DNA of 64,000 nucleotides from Octopus sinensis (GCF_006345805.1 NC_042998.1:93558001-93622000), one strand, 5' to 3'. Counted from the first letter of the stretch, positions 12,831 through 27,001 are shown. Program-made: numbers and translations. The notes: generated from the letters alone by a model not told the origin.

Positions 12831-13251
12831 TCTCTCCATAAAGCATACGCCTCTTTTTAAAGTGCTAGTGTATTAGAAATGAGGTGAAATAGGAATGAAT
12901 CATTCAATGCAAACATTTTTTTAAAATTTCATTTTACACTTTAAATGCTCGGAGTACAAGACTTGTCTTATGGATCAGAACTATCTACTTAAGACATCGC
13001 TTCTGACCTATGTGTTACGCTACTCTGCAGTCCGCAGCAGCGCCGCCATTACTGCAGCAGCCAAGAATCGTGACAGCAGTAGCAGTAACAACCACCACAT
13101 TGTAGAGCAGCATTGTATCGGGTGCATGACGGCAAATGAAAAGGGCCATGCATGCAAACAGAAAACTGCTTTAAGGGCAATTGGAAGGAAACGCATTTAA
13201 TCATTCTGATTAGGTGATATTAGGTGATATTAGGTTATATATATATATGTA

Positions 13252-13284
<33 letters not shown>

Positions 13285-14079
13285 ATGTATGTATGTATGT
13301 ATGTATGTATGTATGTATGTATGTATGTATGTATGTATGTATGTATATGTAATTGAGGGATCTCACCACAAGACAGATACCACTTAGTGGCCAGTTAGAT
13401 CTCTGTGCTGCACAAAATAAGTCCCCCAAATTCCTAGTTTCTCCTCTGTACCAGTGCCCAGACAGCACCACTGACCGAACACGGATAAATAAGGAAAATA
13501 TCCTTATTCAAAACTATAGATCACAGCTCAACATACTCTAACATCTCAAAAAATATACTCGCACTGCCGACATATAAACACAATACCCATACCACTCAGC
13601 TACAAATCTACAACAAACACACACAGATGTACAAACACACACATACACGCACAAACACAATATCCCACTTTCGAACACAAACACACACACATTCCAAGAA
13701 AAAACACACACATATACACATGGAATACGATTCTAGCAACCACAACAAACACTCACAGACACACACACATATACACACATACATAAACACTTACATGCAC
13801 ACACTTACACACACCGCTCTGACAATTACAAGACACGCTCACACAAACACACCCATACATACATATATACACACAAATACAACACAACCCACCCACATAC
13901 CCACGCATGTTTACGCACATACGTACATACACACAAAGACAATACGCCCATTCCCCAGTAAAAAAACACACACACACTCAAAGAAAAAACACACATATAT
14001 ACATACGCAATGCAATTCCAGCAATCATAACAAGCACTCCCAGGCACACACACATACGCACACGCACATAAGCACGTAC

Positions 14080-14615
14080 ACGCCACGCTGGTGAGACCCA
14101 TATTGGAGTACGGAATTCAAGCCTCTTCTCCTTATCTCCTCAAAGACATACAGCATCTCGAAAGAGTCCAGAAGCTGGCTACCCGCATGGTTCATGGTCT
14201 CAAGAATTTGTCTTATGAAGAAAGGCTGAAGACGCTCGACCTTTATTCTCTAGAAAAACGCCGCCGCCGTGGGGATCTCATTCTCGCTCACAACATCATA
14301 AGCGGAAAGTGTAACCTCTCGAAAGAGCTGTTCTTCACTCCTGCTCCAGAGCGTCGGCTACGAGGTCATTCCGAAAAGCTCTACCTGCGACGATTTCATC
14401 TCAATCGAAGGAGAGGAGCTTTCTCCGTCCGGGTTGCGGATCCGTGGAACAAGCTGCCAGACGAGATGGTGAAGATGCCGACGACCGCTTTGTTCAAAGT
14501 CTCCCTTGACCTCAAGTGGCCTGAACTCTTTACATGAACACCACCCTGTACTTAACTCCATGTCCCCCTACATGCCCTTGCTTTTTGCGTTTGAGCCAAA
14601 AAATTAACTAACTAA
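14080..14615 (+). mobile_element. CR1-clade LINE, 5'-truncated 3' end
   Basis: ORF RPILEYG..DIQHLERVQKLATRMV..LSYEERLKTLDLYSLEKRRRRGDLI..FSVRVADPWNKLP followed by an (AACT)n tail. Confidence 0.92.
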
Positions 14616-14667
14616 CACATCACCCTGACAAATACAAGACACACTCACACAAATACACCTACACGTA

Positions 14668-15635
14668 GTTCTATATTTAAGAGATGAGGAATTATGAACA
14701 TTATTTACATTATTTACATTTGACGGATATTTGTCCTCATCTTGTTTGTTGTTAACACAACGTATGGATTCAGGACATCCGTATACTGCAAGCCAACCTT
14801 CACTGGTCGATACCTCAACTTCAATTCCCACCATTCATACAGTGTAAAGAGAGGGATTGCTCAGTGCCTACAACATCGTGCAAAGAATATAAGTAGCGAT
14901 GGTGGTACACACCACGAAGAAATGATCGAGCTCAATAACAATGTGTTGAGCAACAACTACCCCAAAAACATACTGTCCACTCCAATTATGAAGAAAAGAG
15001 GGGATGAAACCGATAAACTGTCCACAGTCTGTCTACCCTATGTGAAAGGCCTCTCCAAAAAGATACAAAACATATGCGGCCCATATGACATCAGGACAGT
15101 ATTCAAAAGTAATACAACATTTCGTAAATATTTCCTTCGAGTAAAACCACCAATAGAAGAGAATTTGACTAACGACTGCGTGTACTCCATCCCATGCAGC
15201 TGTAGTAGGTTATACAATGGCGAAACATGCCGCCCCTTCAAAATAAGGGTAGATGAACATCGTAAAACCGGTGATACGAGGAGATATTGATAACTCGAGT
15301 ATAGCTGATCGTGTATTGGAAAAATGGAGACCACCTCGGCCTGTGGGATGAAGTTAAAATAATAGACAGAGAACACCACTGGGAAATACGAAAACTAAAA
15401 GAAGCATCACATATGCTAGAACGCAACAACCTCCTAAGCAGACCAAGTGCAGATATAAGTAGCATATGGGAATCGGTATTAAGGAATGATAGGAAAATAT
15501 TAGATTTATAAGCCGTAAGATTCACTCCACAGTGGTTAAGAGCGCGGGTTCCATAGTGGTTAAGAGCGCAGGCTACTAACTCCAAGATTCCGAGTTCGAT
15601 TCCAAGCAGTGACCTGGATAATAATAATAATAATA

Positions 15636-15683
<48 letters not shown>

Positions 15684-15874
15684 CAACAACATCGAAAAAT
15701 ACATTAGGAATGAAAAGCCAAGTTCGAAATTTTCCCAAAACACCTGATGATGTGTGTGTGTGTGCGTGTGCAGTCTTCTATATATGTGTGTGTTTATATA
15801 TGTGCTTGTGTATGTGTGAAGTGGTTTTTGACTGGTCTTAGATGAGGACAAATATCCGTCAAATGTAAATAATG
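14668..15874 (+). mobile_element. Penelope-like element (RT C-terminus plus GIY-YIG) with inverted 5' pseudo-LTR and 14-bp target-site duplication
   Basis: ORFs VYCKPTFTGRYLNFNSHH..CLPYVKGLS..CVYSIPCSCSRLYNGETCRPFKIRVDEHRK..RKLKEASH. GATGAGGACAAATATCCGTCAAATGTAAATAATG is direct at the 3' end and inverted at the 5' end. TACACCTACACGTA is duplicated at 14654-14667 and 15875-15888. Confidence 0.9.
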
Positions 15875-16784
15875 TACACCTACACGTATACACACACACT
15901 GCACAAACAATACAAATAAAACACTCACAAAAATACGCTCAAACATATGCCCACACAACACAGAAAAATAACACACACATACATATGCATGCACACGTAC
16001 ACACACACACACACTTCGCCACAACAAATATAGCACACACACCCGAAAACTACATAAACCACATACACACACACAAACGCATACTCAATACAAACACGCA
16101 CAGTACGTACCCACACACACATCACACTAATAAACGTAAAACATACGGACACACACACACAGCCCCTGACAAATACAACACACTCACACATATACATACA
16201 TATGTACCCCACACACACATACGTATGCACACGTAAGAAGAAAGGTTGGTCATTCCCCTAAAATTCTGAATAAATGTTTAAATATGATTTCTGATGAAGC
16301 TTTGACTAAGCAATACATGCTTTCTCCTATCAAATATTGTTTACGAATTCTTTCTGTATATATGCTTATAAACAATCATGATTTTTGGTGAACTTATAAA
16401 TAATTATGAATTTAATTTACTGCCTATTTTGAAACGTTTATGTAAACTGTTTAAACACAATGCCCTTCTTAATATTTTCTTATCATTGTCAAAGACTCTA
16501 TCACTGTATTTTAATACATCTATGTTAACTATTTTTTAACACCACAAAGGCTACACAAAGCCTTACATTTTACTTTTGTAAATCTTTTTTTCAAAAAAAG
16601 TGATACCGGTCAAGTCAATAAACATCTTTAAAAGACCTCTGCATTTTCAAATCCTCTTCCCTATATATTTTCACTCGTGCAGTACCTTTCAATTTTACTT
16701 TGTTATACACACATACATACATACATACATACATACATACATACATACATACATACATACATACATGCATATATACATACATAC

Positions 16785-16878
<94 letters not shown>

Positions 16879-17212
16879 CGTATGTATGTGTATAAGTATG
16901 TATGTGTCTTTAAGTATTAGAAATAGCTGAAGAAATTTCTTTAGCTGCTATTTCTAATGAGTTCAGTATGTGGCAAAGTAATTTATTTTACTAAGCCCTT
17001 ATATATAATGTAAAAATTATATATATATATAGATATACATATACATATACATATACATATATAAATACGCGTGTGTATGTGTGTACATAGATACTCACAC
17101 ACAGAGAAAGACATACGCGCACACACACATATATACATACATATATATATATATAATGTACGTATGTATATATGCATATATATATATACATACATATATA
17201 CCTATACAGATT

Positions 17213-17295
<83 letters not shown>

Positions 17296-17399
17296 GTGTT
17301 CAAGGGTTTGCGCACAATTTCCAATAGCATAAGTTCCCAGTTCGCTCACAAAACATTGTTTGTTGAACGCAAAACTTGGTCAAAATGCAGTGGAATTAA

Positions 17400-17765
17400 A
17401 TCTGAAAACATGCGGTTTCGGATTCAGCCTCATTGCGCGGCTCCTTGGGCAAGTGTTTTCTACTATAGTTCCGCTATGACCAATGTCCTATGAGTGAATT
17501 TGGTCGATGGAAACCGTGTGGAAGCCCGTTGTTTGTATGAAATTAGGTATGGATGGATGGATGGATGGATGGATGGATATGTCATTAAATTTGTGCCTAT
17601 CCGCTGCACCACCACTTAACAACTTAGCAGTTCGGTAAAGGGAACAAGAGAATAAGTACCAAACTTTAAAAAAAAAAGCTCTAGGTTCGATTTGTTCAAT
17701 TTAAACTTTTCAAGCGATGCCCCAGCATGGCCGCAAGTCAATCATTGAAACAAGTAAAAGATAAA
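17400..17765 (+). mobile_element. SINE family A, diverged
   Basis: CCTTGGGCAAGTG box, internal (GGAT)n and the family tail. Confidence 0.75.
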
Positions 17766-17881
17766 AAACAGAAAGATGTACCACAACTTCATTTGCAATT
17801 TTTCAACAATGCTCTGGAAAAAATAAAATCGTATTGGCCCCGGAATATTGCTTTGCTCGAAAAGCAAAGAAGCAATAATAC

Positions 17882-17917
17882 CTTAAAACGGTCCTGCCAC
17901 GGGTTCCAGTATTTTCT
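17882..17917 (-). CDS. Candidate 36-nt micro-exon (RKYWNPWQDRFK in phase 0)
   Basis: TATTTTATTACAG acceptor, AAG|GTATTA donor, open and symmetric. No homology recognised. Confidence 0.2.
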
Positions 17918-18445
17918 CTGTAATAAAATATGTTTTGTTATTGTTATTGCTGATACTGCGTTGATGATGTTGATGCTGTTGTAGTTTATGAAATGAAGTC
18001 AGCAGTATGTTTTTTATTCGTTTTTGTTTTTGTTTCTGTATTTCTTTAGCCGACAAATCGCACAAACGTCTTTGATCGAATTTATGCTTCAAATAAATTC
18101 ATTTTGATGTTCTAAAAGAAAAATCAGGAACAGAAAACATCCAGATGGAATAATGAGGAAGAGTGTTACGGAGGCGGAAATATTTATGAAAGAGCTGAGA
18201 CAATAAAGATATAAAAGATTTGTGAACTACTGGTTGAAAATGGCAGACAGTGAGAAAGTATACAATAAATATATAGACATACACTGGCGTGAATAAACCT
18301 GTTCAACGTTTCTGGAGTTACATACGCCAGCCAGAGGAATGTGTTCATCGATAATGTGTATTAGTACGATGATCGATTAAATTATAATCTGAGAGAAATA
18401 TATAAAAGCAAGGAAACAAAATTAAATTTATATTCGTATGAAATA

Positions 18446-18815
18446 GGCGCGAGCGTGGGTGTGTGGTAAGAAGCTTGCTTCTTTCCAGCCATGTGGTCTT
18501 GGGTTCGGCCCCAGTGCACGACACTTGGGCAAGTGTTGGGTCGACCAAATGCGTGTGAGTGTAATTGCTTGACGGAAACTTGTGTGTGTGTGTGTGTAAA
18601 TTCATGTATGTATAGGGTATATGTTTGTGTTTGTCCTCACCAACCGCTTGACAACCGGTGTTAGTTCGTTTGTCCCCGTAACTTAGCGGTTCGACAAACA
18701 GTAACATAAAATAAGTACCCGGTTTTAAAATAAGCAATGGGGTCGATTTGTTCCACTATAAACCCATCAAAGCTGTAGCATGGCCGCAGTCCAAAGACTG
18801 AGGCAAGTACAAGAT
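18446..18815 (+). mobile_element. SINE family A
   Basis: Head, internal (TG)n and tail. Confidence 0.8.
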
Positions 18816-19384
18816 AATAGATTCGGTATCAGAATATCTTTCTGAATATCATGGTACGCAATAAAAACTCTAAGTAATGACACTAGAAGCAAAAAATACG
18901 GCCATGATATAACAACAGAATAACTATATGGTCGGTTGATCTGCTAGAAATAACAACCAAGTTACCTTTAGATCACACTGTACCGTTTTAAAAAGGAAAA
19001 TGAACACACTGAACATGTGATCCTAGAAAAACTGAGTCTGAGAAAGAAAAGTGATGGACGTCGCAGCTGGAGTGCTGTTTGATCATCGGTCCGCTTCAAC
19101 AGAAATGACCTGAGGTTAAACAACAAATATTTTTTCTCTTTAGACGAAATAGTCAAAACACGTGATTGTGATTGCGTAATAATAACACGTTGTTATTATT
19201 ATACATATGTGCGCACGTTTATACATATCGCACACACACACACGCACACATATATATACATACACACACACTTATACGCACATACTTGCATACATACATA
19301 CATACATACATACATACATACATACATACATACATACCATATTGTTTTTTGTCTCTGGGAAGCAGAACATACATTCAAATAAAC

Positions 19385-19456
<72 letters not shown>

Positions 19457-19811
19457 GTGCGTCTGTGTGTGCGTGCGTGTGTACGTGTGTGTAGGTAGGT
19501 AGGTATTAAGAGGGCGATGCACAATGAGTAATATTTACTGAATTTTTAACTTTGAGAAAACAGTATTTTTTTTACAAATATTCACTATCTCACAAAAACT
19601 GTATCAGCTAAGCAAATAACCTTCTCAAATGCATTAAAACACTGTAACATATTCAGAACGATATTTCAGAGAATTATCGCCGGTCTCTTTGAGCATATAA
19701 ATAACAAACTTAGGTGGTGCAAAATCAGTAAGACAAAGGGAAGTAAAATTTCCCCTTCAATTCTCCAAAATTATATTTGATAAAAGATTCACACACAATA
19801 AAACATTCACA

Positions 19812-19976
19812 GGCACAGGAGTGGCTGTGTGGTAAGTAGCTTGTTTACCAACCACATGGTTCCGGGTTCAGTCCCACTGCGTGGCACCTTGGGCAAGTGT
19901 CTTCTACTGTAGCCTCGGGCCGACCAAAACCTTGTGAGTGGATTTGGTAGACGGAAACTGAAAGAAGCCCGTCGTA

Positions 19977-20015
<39 letters not shown>

Positions 20016-20227
20016 TTGTGTGTGTTTGTGTGTCTGTGTTTGTCCTCCTAGCATTGCTTGACAACCGATGCTGGTGTGTTTATGTCCCCGTTACTTAGCG
20101 GTTCGGCAAAGGAGACCGATAGAATAAGTACTGGGCTTACAAAAGAATAAGTTCCGGGGTCGAGTTGCTCGATTAAAGGCGGTGCTCCAGCATGGCCGCA
20201 GTCAAATGACTGAAACAAGTAAAGAGT
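19812..20227 (+). mobile_element. SINE family A, near-consensus
   Basis: Complete head, CORE-like box, (TA)n and tail. Confidence 0.92.
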
Positions 20228-20384
20228 ACACATAAATATCCGTCCTAAGACATCAGAATTTTCAGCAATGCAACAAAAATTTTAAATATCTGGGTCAAAT
20301 AAAAGATCATCAAAAAATCTGACACATGATATGAAATTAACAAAAGTCGACTTAATCTAAAAACTCGATTTAAAACATTCTCTA

Positions 20385-20571
20385 GGCGTAGGAGTGGCTG
20401 TGTGGGGGTAAGTAGCTTGCTTACCAACCACATGATTCCTGGTTCAGTCCCATTGCGTGGCACCTTGGGCAAGTGTCTTCTTTAGCCTCGGGCCGACCAA
20501 AGCCTTGTGAGTGGATTTAGTAGACGGAAACTAAAAAAAGCCCGTCGTATATATATATATTTATATATATA

Positions 20572-20656
<85 letters not shown>

Positions 20657-20890
20657 GTATATATATATATTGTGTATGTGTGTGTGTATGTGTGCCTGTG
20701 TTTGTTCCCCCCTCCCCAACATCGCTTGAAAACCGATGTTGGTGTGTTTACGTTCCCGTAACTTAGCGGTTCGGCAAACAAGACCGATAGAATAAGTACT
20801 AGGCTTACAAAGAATAAGTCCTGGCGTCGATTTGCTCAACTAAAGCTGGTACTCCAGCATGGCCACAGTCAAATGAATGAAACAAGTAAA
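20385..20890 (+). mobile_element. SINE family A with expanded internal (TA)n
   Basis: Complete copy about 157 bp downstream of the previous one. Confidence 0.92.
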
Positions 20891-22139
20891 TAGTAGTATA
20901 GCTTTTTCACAATTTGCTGGAGTGTCTTTCTTCTTGATAAATTTATGCATAACGCAGTTTAGAAGAAATAATTTAAATTAATTATTACTCATTTTGCCCC
21001 ACTTTAGACTTCATCGTTTGAAAATTGAAAATTAAAAAATTAGATATTAGTATGAGAAAAATTTGAGTTGGAATCCAGTAGAGAAAATAATTTGATTGAT
21101 AAACCAAAAATTATTCAGATATTTTATTTGCAATCAGGGCAAAGTTGAGGAAAATATCCTTGAAAAAATATGTACCTGTCATCTATGTTTCAAAATCTAT
21201 CAACTTCAACAACAACAGCAACTATTTTGCTGACCAACTTTTACACTTTTACACCCAAAATGATGATCAATACTTCCAATGTAATGGTTTCAGACAAATA
21301 AAGAGAAAATAATGAGAAATCAGACAGAAACGCATAGAGACAGACTGACAGACGGACAGACAGACAGACAGACAAATAGACCATACAGTTTTGTGCAAAA
21401 TCATTCATAGCTTCAAATGACATGTTCTAAGGAATACGATAAAAACTTAAAACTGGACTCCTATTGATTATCATTATTATCTTTCTAAGGTTTTGTCAAC
21501 AATTACAAGGACAACATTACATAGACAACAGTTAATGGCATTTCACTGCGTCTGGATTTTGTTGAAATACTGACAGGTCGTTGACTGAGATACGATGCGT
21601 TTACTACATATGTACTTCAGAGACGTTAGTAGGCCGTTTAATTTGCTGGTGTCCATGTATAAATATTTTGTTTGTGTTAGTGTATGTGAGCGTGCGTGCG
21701 TGTGTGTGAATGCTTATATGTGTATGTACTTATTTTATCTTACATTTTTAACTTATCATTTGACTGCGGTCAAATCGACTCCAGCACCGATTGATAAGCG
21801 GTGGCGAGGGAAAAACACCGACACAAAGACATACACACACATATACATACATACATACATACATACATACATACATACATACATACATACGTACATACAT
21901 ACATACATACATACATACATACATACATACATACTTTCGATTCCTGGACCGGACGATGCGTTGTGTTTTTGAGCAAAACACATCACTTCACCTTGCTCCG
22001 GTCCCTCGTCCAGAGGGGAATATATGCGTCACAGAAACCAGTCCTGTCCGAGTCTATATGACTTGGAAAGGAACCTAACCTAACTTTACTCCTTTTTGTA
22101 TACATACGTATGAAAAAGAATTGAACCAACTAACTCGCA

Positions 22140-22760
22140 CATTGCAAATACAATCTTTAAGTGCAACAGTAAAAATATGCAAGACTCTTCTCGAGTTTAA
22201 AATGTGACGTTGCTTCCATTATCTACACTCTAGCGATGGAGCTTTGCATTTTTGTTAGAAACCTGCTCCTTCCTCAGAGGAAGGATTTAAATGATTAAAA
22301 ACAAGGGAACGAACATACATACGAACATACATACATGCATACATACATGCATGCATACATACATACATACATACATACTAACATACATACATATCTCTTT
22401 GAAAATCAAAGAAAAGGGGGATAAATATGGACAGCTGCTTTGAAACCTCCAGCATATATATCTAGACTATAAATTCATATTCATACCAATAACAATTGGA
22501 GCACTAGGTTTTGCTAGTAAATGCTTAAAGGAGAATCTGGATAAACTTAGATTTTCAGAAAGAGAAATCGACGGGCATTACAAGTGCAATCTGTGAGTGA
22601 AACAGTAAAAATATGCAAGACTTTTCTCAAGTTCCAAATGTGAATTTGTCTGTGTTAACTACATCCCAATGATGGAGCCTTGTATCTTTGTTGGAAACCG
22701 GCTCCCTTCTCAATGGAAGATTAATATAATTAAAAAATAGAAGAGACATACATACATGCC
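22140..22760 (+). mobile_element. Two diverged copies of a LINE-like 3' end with (CATA)n tail (opposite-strand relatives at about 24990-25065 and 25615-25700)
   Basis: Shared AACAGTAAAAATATGCAAGAC..GATGGAGC..TTTGTT(A/G)GAAACC motif followed by CATA repeats. Confidence 0.55.
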
Positions 22761-23599
22761 TATACATACATGGCGCCGCCAACATCAGGCGTAGGGGGCC
22801 GTTTAAAATATATTTTTGAACGTTCGCTTCTATATTCAAGCCGACTCCTCTAGTCTAAATCAGTAACTGGCTTATTTCTTCCATTATAAATAAGAGTAAC
22901 ACTTTTTACATCCCAAAGTAGCGTTACTCAGACTGGATTTTGAAAATATACCTTATATCGCGTGGAATTTCGCTTACAAGATTATGGCAGAAACTAACAC
23001 CACCACCATCAACGAAAACAGCACTAGTAAGCTAAGAAAACGTAAGTACTCCTCTCGTTTTACTTGAACTCAGCATACATACATACATACATACATACAT
23101 ACATACATACATACATACATACATACATACCAACCAGTCTTCTTGGTATGTCTCATGCAACTGATTTATACTGTGTGGGCAGTAATAACAGGACCATGTA
23201 ACTGTATAGGATATAGGATGTCGGTGACGAATAAACGAATAAAGGAATAATTAAAACAAGCAAAAACAAATACAATCTTACAATTATTCAGGTGCAGGAG
23301 AGTTAACATTTTGCAAAATGCTAACATATCATCTTCTATATTATTACTGAGCAAACCGGATAAGATCGCGTAGAATATTGGACAAATCTGTTTATATTCG
23401 ATATATCCGCCTATGACATAATAACTACAAAAACTTTTACTTCATCTCTTAAGGTCATAATTGATTTACATTAAGCATAAAATTAACATTTCATTACACT
23501 ATAAGAGATTGTTTGTTTAAATCTATACAGAAACGAATTGATATAATTTATACATAATCCGTTCAGCGTCCGAGAATCTCGACCGACATAATGTTGTAA

Positions 23600-23689
23600 A
23601 TAAACTCTCTCTCACTCTCTACCTGCCTGCCTCTCTGTCTCTGTCTGTCTATCTGTCTCTCATTCTCTCTCCATCCTCTCTCTCTCTCC

Positions 23690-23765
<76 letters not shown>
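23600..23765. repeat. (CT)n microsatellite
   Basis: Seen directly. Confidence 0.95.
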
Positions 23766-23766
<1 letters not shown>

Positions 23767-24288
23767 TATCTATTTTCTGTGTGTGTGGTATGTTTTGCTT
23801 CACTGCACATTTTCTTTCCAATTTCAATCAACCGCAGCAAGGCAATTACGACTTTTATTTTTGCTGTTACTGTTGTTGTTGCTGTTGTTACTGTTACTAT
23901 TATTTTTGTTGTTGATATTTTTGTTGTTTCCACTCACATCTCTATTCTTTTTGTTTAAAAAAAAAAAACTGCTATTGCGCAGCAATTTTTTTGGTCCAAT
24001 TTCAGTTAGAATGGAATGAACATCACAGCATCTCACATATTTATAATCTTTCAGTTTTCTTTTCCTTTATTTTCTTTTTTCCGTTTGTTTGTTTCTTTTA
24101 ATTTTTATTAGTAGTATGAGCAGTTTTTCGAATGCTTCAGGTTTTCTGTTTTGGGATATATTGTTTCATTGATCAGTCAACATTTCGTGTTCTTACATGT
24201 CGCGGATGAGAGGACATGATCGTAACACAAACTTTGGAGGCTACTATAGTAACGTTCAATATACAGACTCGAAGCAAAAACAGAGAGA

Positions 24289-24345
<57 letters not shown>

Positions 24346-25079
24346 GCAGGAAGAATAAGATAAGCAGATAGAGGTGGAGGTCGTTATCCTTGACAGGCTA
24401 TTCTCAAATAAACATTTACTTTTGTCAAGAGACCGAGAATCATTTCTTTCGTGACGAGAGTATTTCGCAGAAAATACTTGAAATCAAAACAAATGGGCCA
24501 TATTCGTGTGAGTTCGTTTGTCGTGTGGAATTTCTATAATCCACTGAATTTCTGGGAAGGAGGAAGCGGAGGAAGTAGAAGGGATGGTTTAAAGGTGAGA
24601 CAAGGTGAAGGATAAATATTGCTAGGACTATATCATTCAGCTTACTGGCCCGATGCTCTATTTGGACACAGTGTCTCTCGCAAATGGACAAATTACTTAA
24701 TATTTGTTACTAAAATGACGTTTAATTGTATTGAAGTATTCATATGTCTATCTCTGTCCCTTTTCTGTTTGTATTGTCGCAGTTGTTCTATCTCGAGAAC
24801 AAATAAATACTGGTGCCTGGTGGATTTGAACAAGTCTTATTAATTGTGAGACAGTATCTGTTTCCTACCGACTTCAGAGGCATTAAGACAATTAGCGAAA
24901 GCATGATACATGTCACCTAGTCATCCTAGCCGCATTCACGCACACGCAGACACACTCACGCGCGCATTAATGTATGTATGTATATTATCATTCAGTTTTA
25001 TTTCAAGATTTCTTGCAAATAGAGAAAGAGCTGGTTTCTAACAAAGATCCAAGGCTCCTTCATTTTGTTTATGTATGTG

Positions 25080-25462
25080 GGAAGCACTCCGTCGGTTACG
25101 ACGATGAGGGTTCCGGTTGATCCGAATCAACGGAACAGCCTGCTCGTGAAATTAACGTGTAAGTGGCTGAGCACTCCACAGACACGTGCACCCTTAACGT
25201 AATTCTCGGGGATATTCAGCGTGACACAGAGAGTGACAAGGCCGGCCCTTTGAAATACATGTACAACAGAAACAGGAAGTAAGAGTGAGAGAAAGTTGTG
25301 GTGAAAGAGTACAGCAGGGATCACCACCATCCCCTGCCGGAGCCTCGTGGAGCTTTTAGGTGTTTTCGCTCAATAAACACTCACAACGCCCGGTCTGGGA
25401 ATCGAAACCGCGATCCTATGACCGCGAGTCCGCTGCCCTAACCACTGAGCCATTGCGCCTCC
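25080..25462 (-). mobile_element. SINE family C (tRNA-Arg-like head)
   Basis: Reverse complement starts GGAGGCGCAATGGCTCAGTGGTTAGGGCAGCGGACTCGCGGTC..GGTTTCGATTCCC. Other copies at 36.1 and 50.8 kb. Confidence 0.85.
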
Positions 25463-25494
25463 GTATGTATGTATGTATGTATGTATGATGTATG

Positions 25495-25525
<31 letters not shown>

Positions 25526-25574
25526 GCATACATGTATGTATGTATGTATGTTTGTATGTATGTATATATGTATG

Positions 25575-25608
<34 letters not shown>

Positions 25609-25745
25609 TGTCATTGTTCAGTTTTAAATCAAGATTTCTTGTCAGTAGAGAAAGAACCGGTTTCTAACCTAGATTCAAGCCTCTTTTATTGGAAATTTAA
25701 CATCAACAACAGATTATTTTTGTATGTATGTATGTATGTATGAAT

Positions 25746-25965
25746 CCAGGTAAAAAAAAAAAAAGTCACAGGTAAAAATATCACAGGAAAAAAGTTACAG
25801 AGGTTTTGTTCGGGGGATTTTGTCCCAGTGGGGTTTTGTCCGGATCCTATCAAATAATTGTGACTTTTTTTCCTGTGACTTTATTACCGGCCACCATAAA
25901 TTAATTTTCACTGATTTTCCTGTGACTTTTAATCCTAGCCAAAATTTGTGACTTTATTACTGGTT
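25746..25965. mobile_element. Foldback/MULE-like MITE remnant
   Basis: Repeated AAAGTCACAGG on the left, CCTGTGACTTT on the right and a central GGGG(A/T)TTTTGTCC doublet. Confidence 0.45.
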
Positions 25966-26514
25966 ATCGTATGGATGTATACGAGTATATGCATATTTGT
26001 ATGTTTTGCTTTATGTATGTATACTCATGCATATAGTTGCATATCTAGACATGCTCATACATATTTTATTGATAAACTTCTGGAAATTTTTACAGATTTT
26101 TCCAGTTCCAGTGATGGTTTGGATCTGTAGTCTTCGAATTAGCTTTCCCCTTTCAGGTTTTTAGAAACTTAATTTCTAAAGATTGGTATTTAGGCAGTGT
26201 GTTTATGTATGTATGTATGTATGTATGTATGTATGTATGTATGTATGTATGTATGTATGTATGTATGTATTTTTGTATGTATGTATGTATGTATGTATAT
26301 AGCTAGGTAGGTAGGTAGGTAGGTATGTAGGTAGGTAGGTAGGTAGGTAGGTAGGTATTTAGAGAGAGGGAGAGATTAGATAGATAATAGACAGATTGGC
26401 AGATATGTATATACGAATGTGTGTGTGTATATATATACACGTAATATATATACATCATATATATATACATACATTTATACATACACAGACACAAACATAC
26501 ATACATTATGTATG

Positions 26515-26736
26515 CAGTAATCCCTCGACTATCGCGGGTGATATGTTTCAAAACCCCCGCGATAGGTGAAAATCCGCGAAGTGGAAACAGTACTGTACTG
26601 TATATATATCTTTTATTACTTTTATAATTTATATGTATTTTTTTATTATAAATGCAAAATAACACCACTGAGGAATCGACGTAAGCTTAAGTAATAAACT
26701 GCGATAGGTGAACCGCGATATAGAGTTGGATTACTG
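26515..26736. mobile_element. Tigger/pogo-like MITE
   Basis: TIRs CAGTAATCCCTCGACTATCGCGG and CCGCGATATAGAGTTGGATTACTG, with TA on the right flank. Confidence 0.75.
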
Positions 26737-26782
26737 TATGTTTATTGTGTATGTGCATACATACATACATGCATGTGTGTGT

Positions 26783-26911
26783 GTGTGTGTAGGGTCAGGT
26801 GTGGCTATGTGGTAAGAAGCTTGCTTCCCAACCACATGGTTCCCGGTTCAGTCCCACTGCATGTCACCTTGTGAGTGGATTTGGTAGATGGAAACTGGAA
26901 GAAGCCCCTCG

Positions 26912-27001
<90 letters not shown>

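Noticed and set aside
16291-16320. CTGATGA-AGCTT-TGACT-AAGC-AATAC, hammerhead-like
   Set aside because: The GAAA core has two changes and there is no stem I.
25422-25462. tRNA genes at the heads of SINE families A-D
   Set aside because: They have A and B boxes but no complete cloverleaf or acceptor stem, and they continue into SINE bodies.
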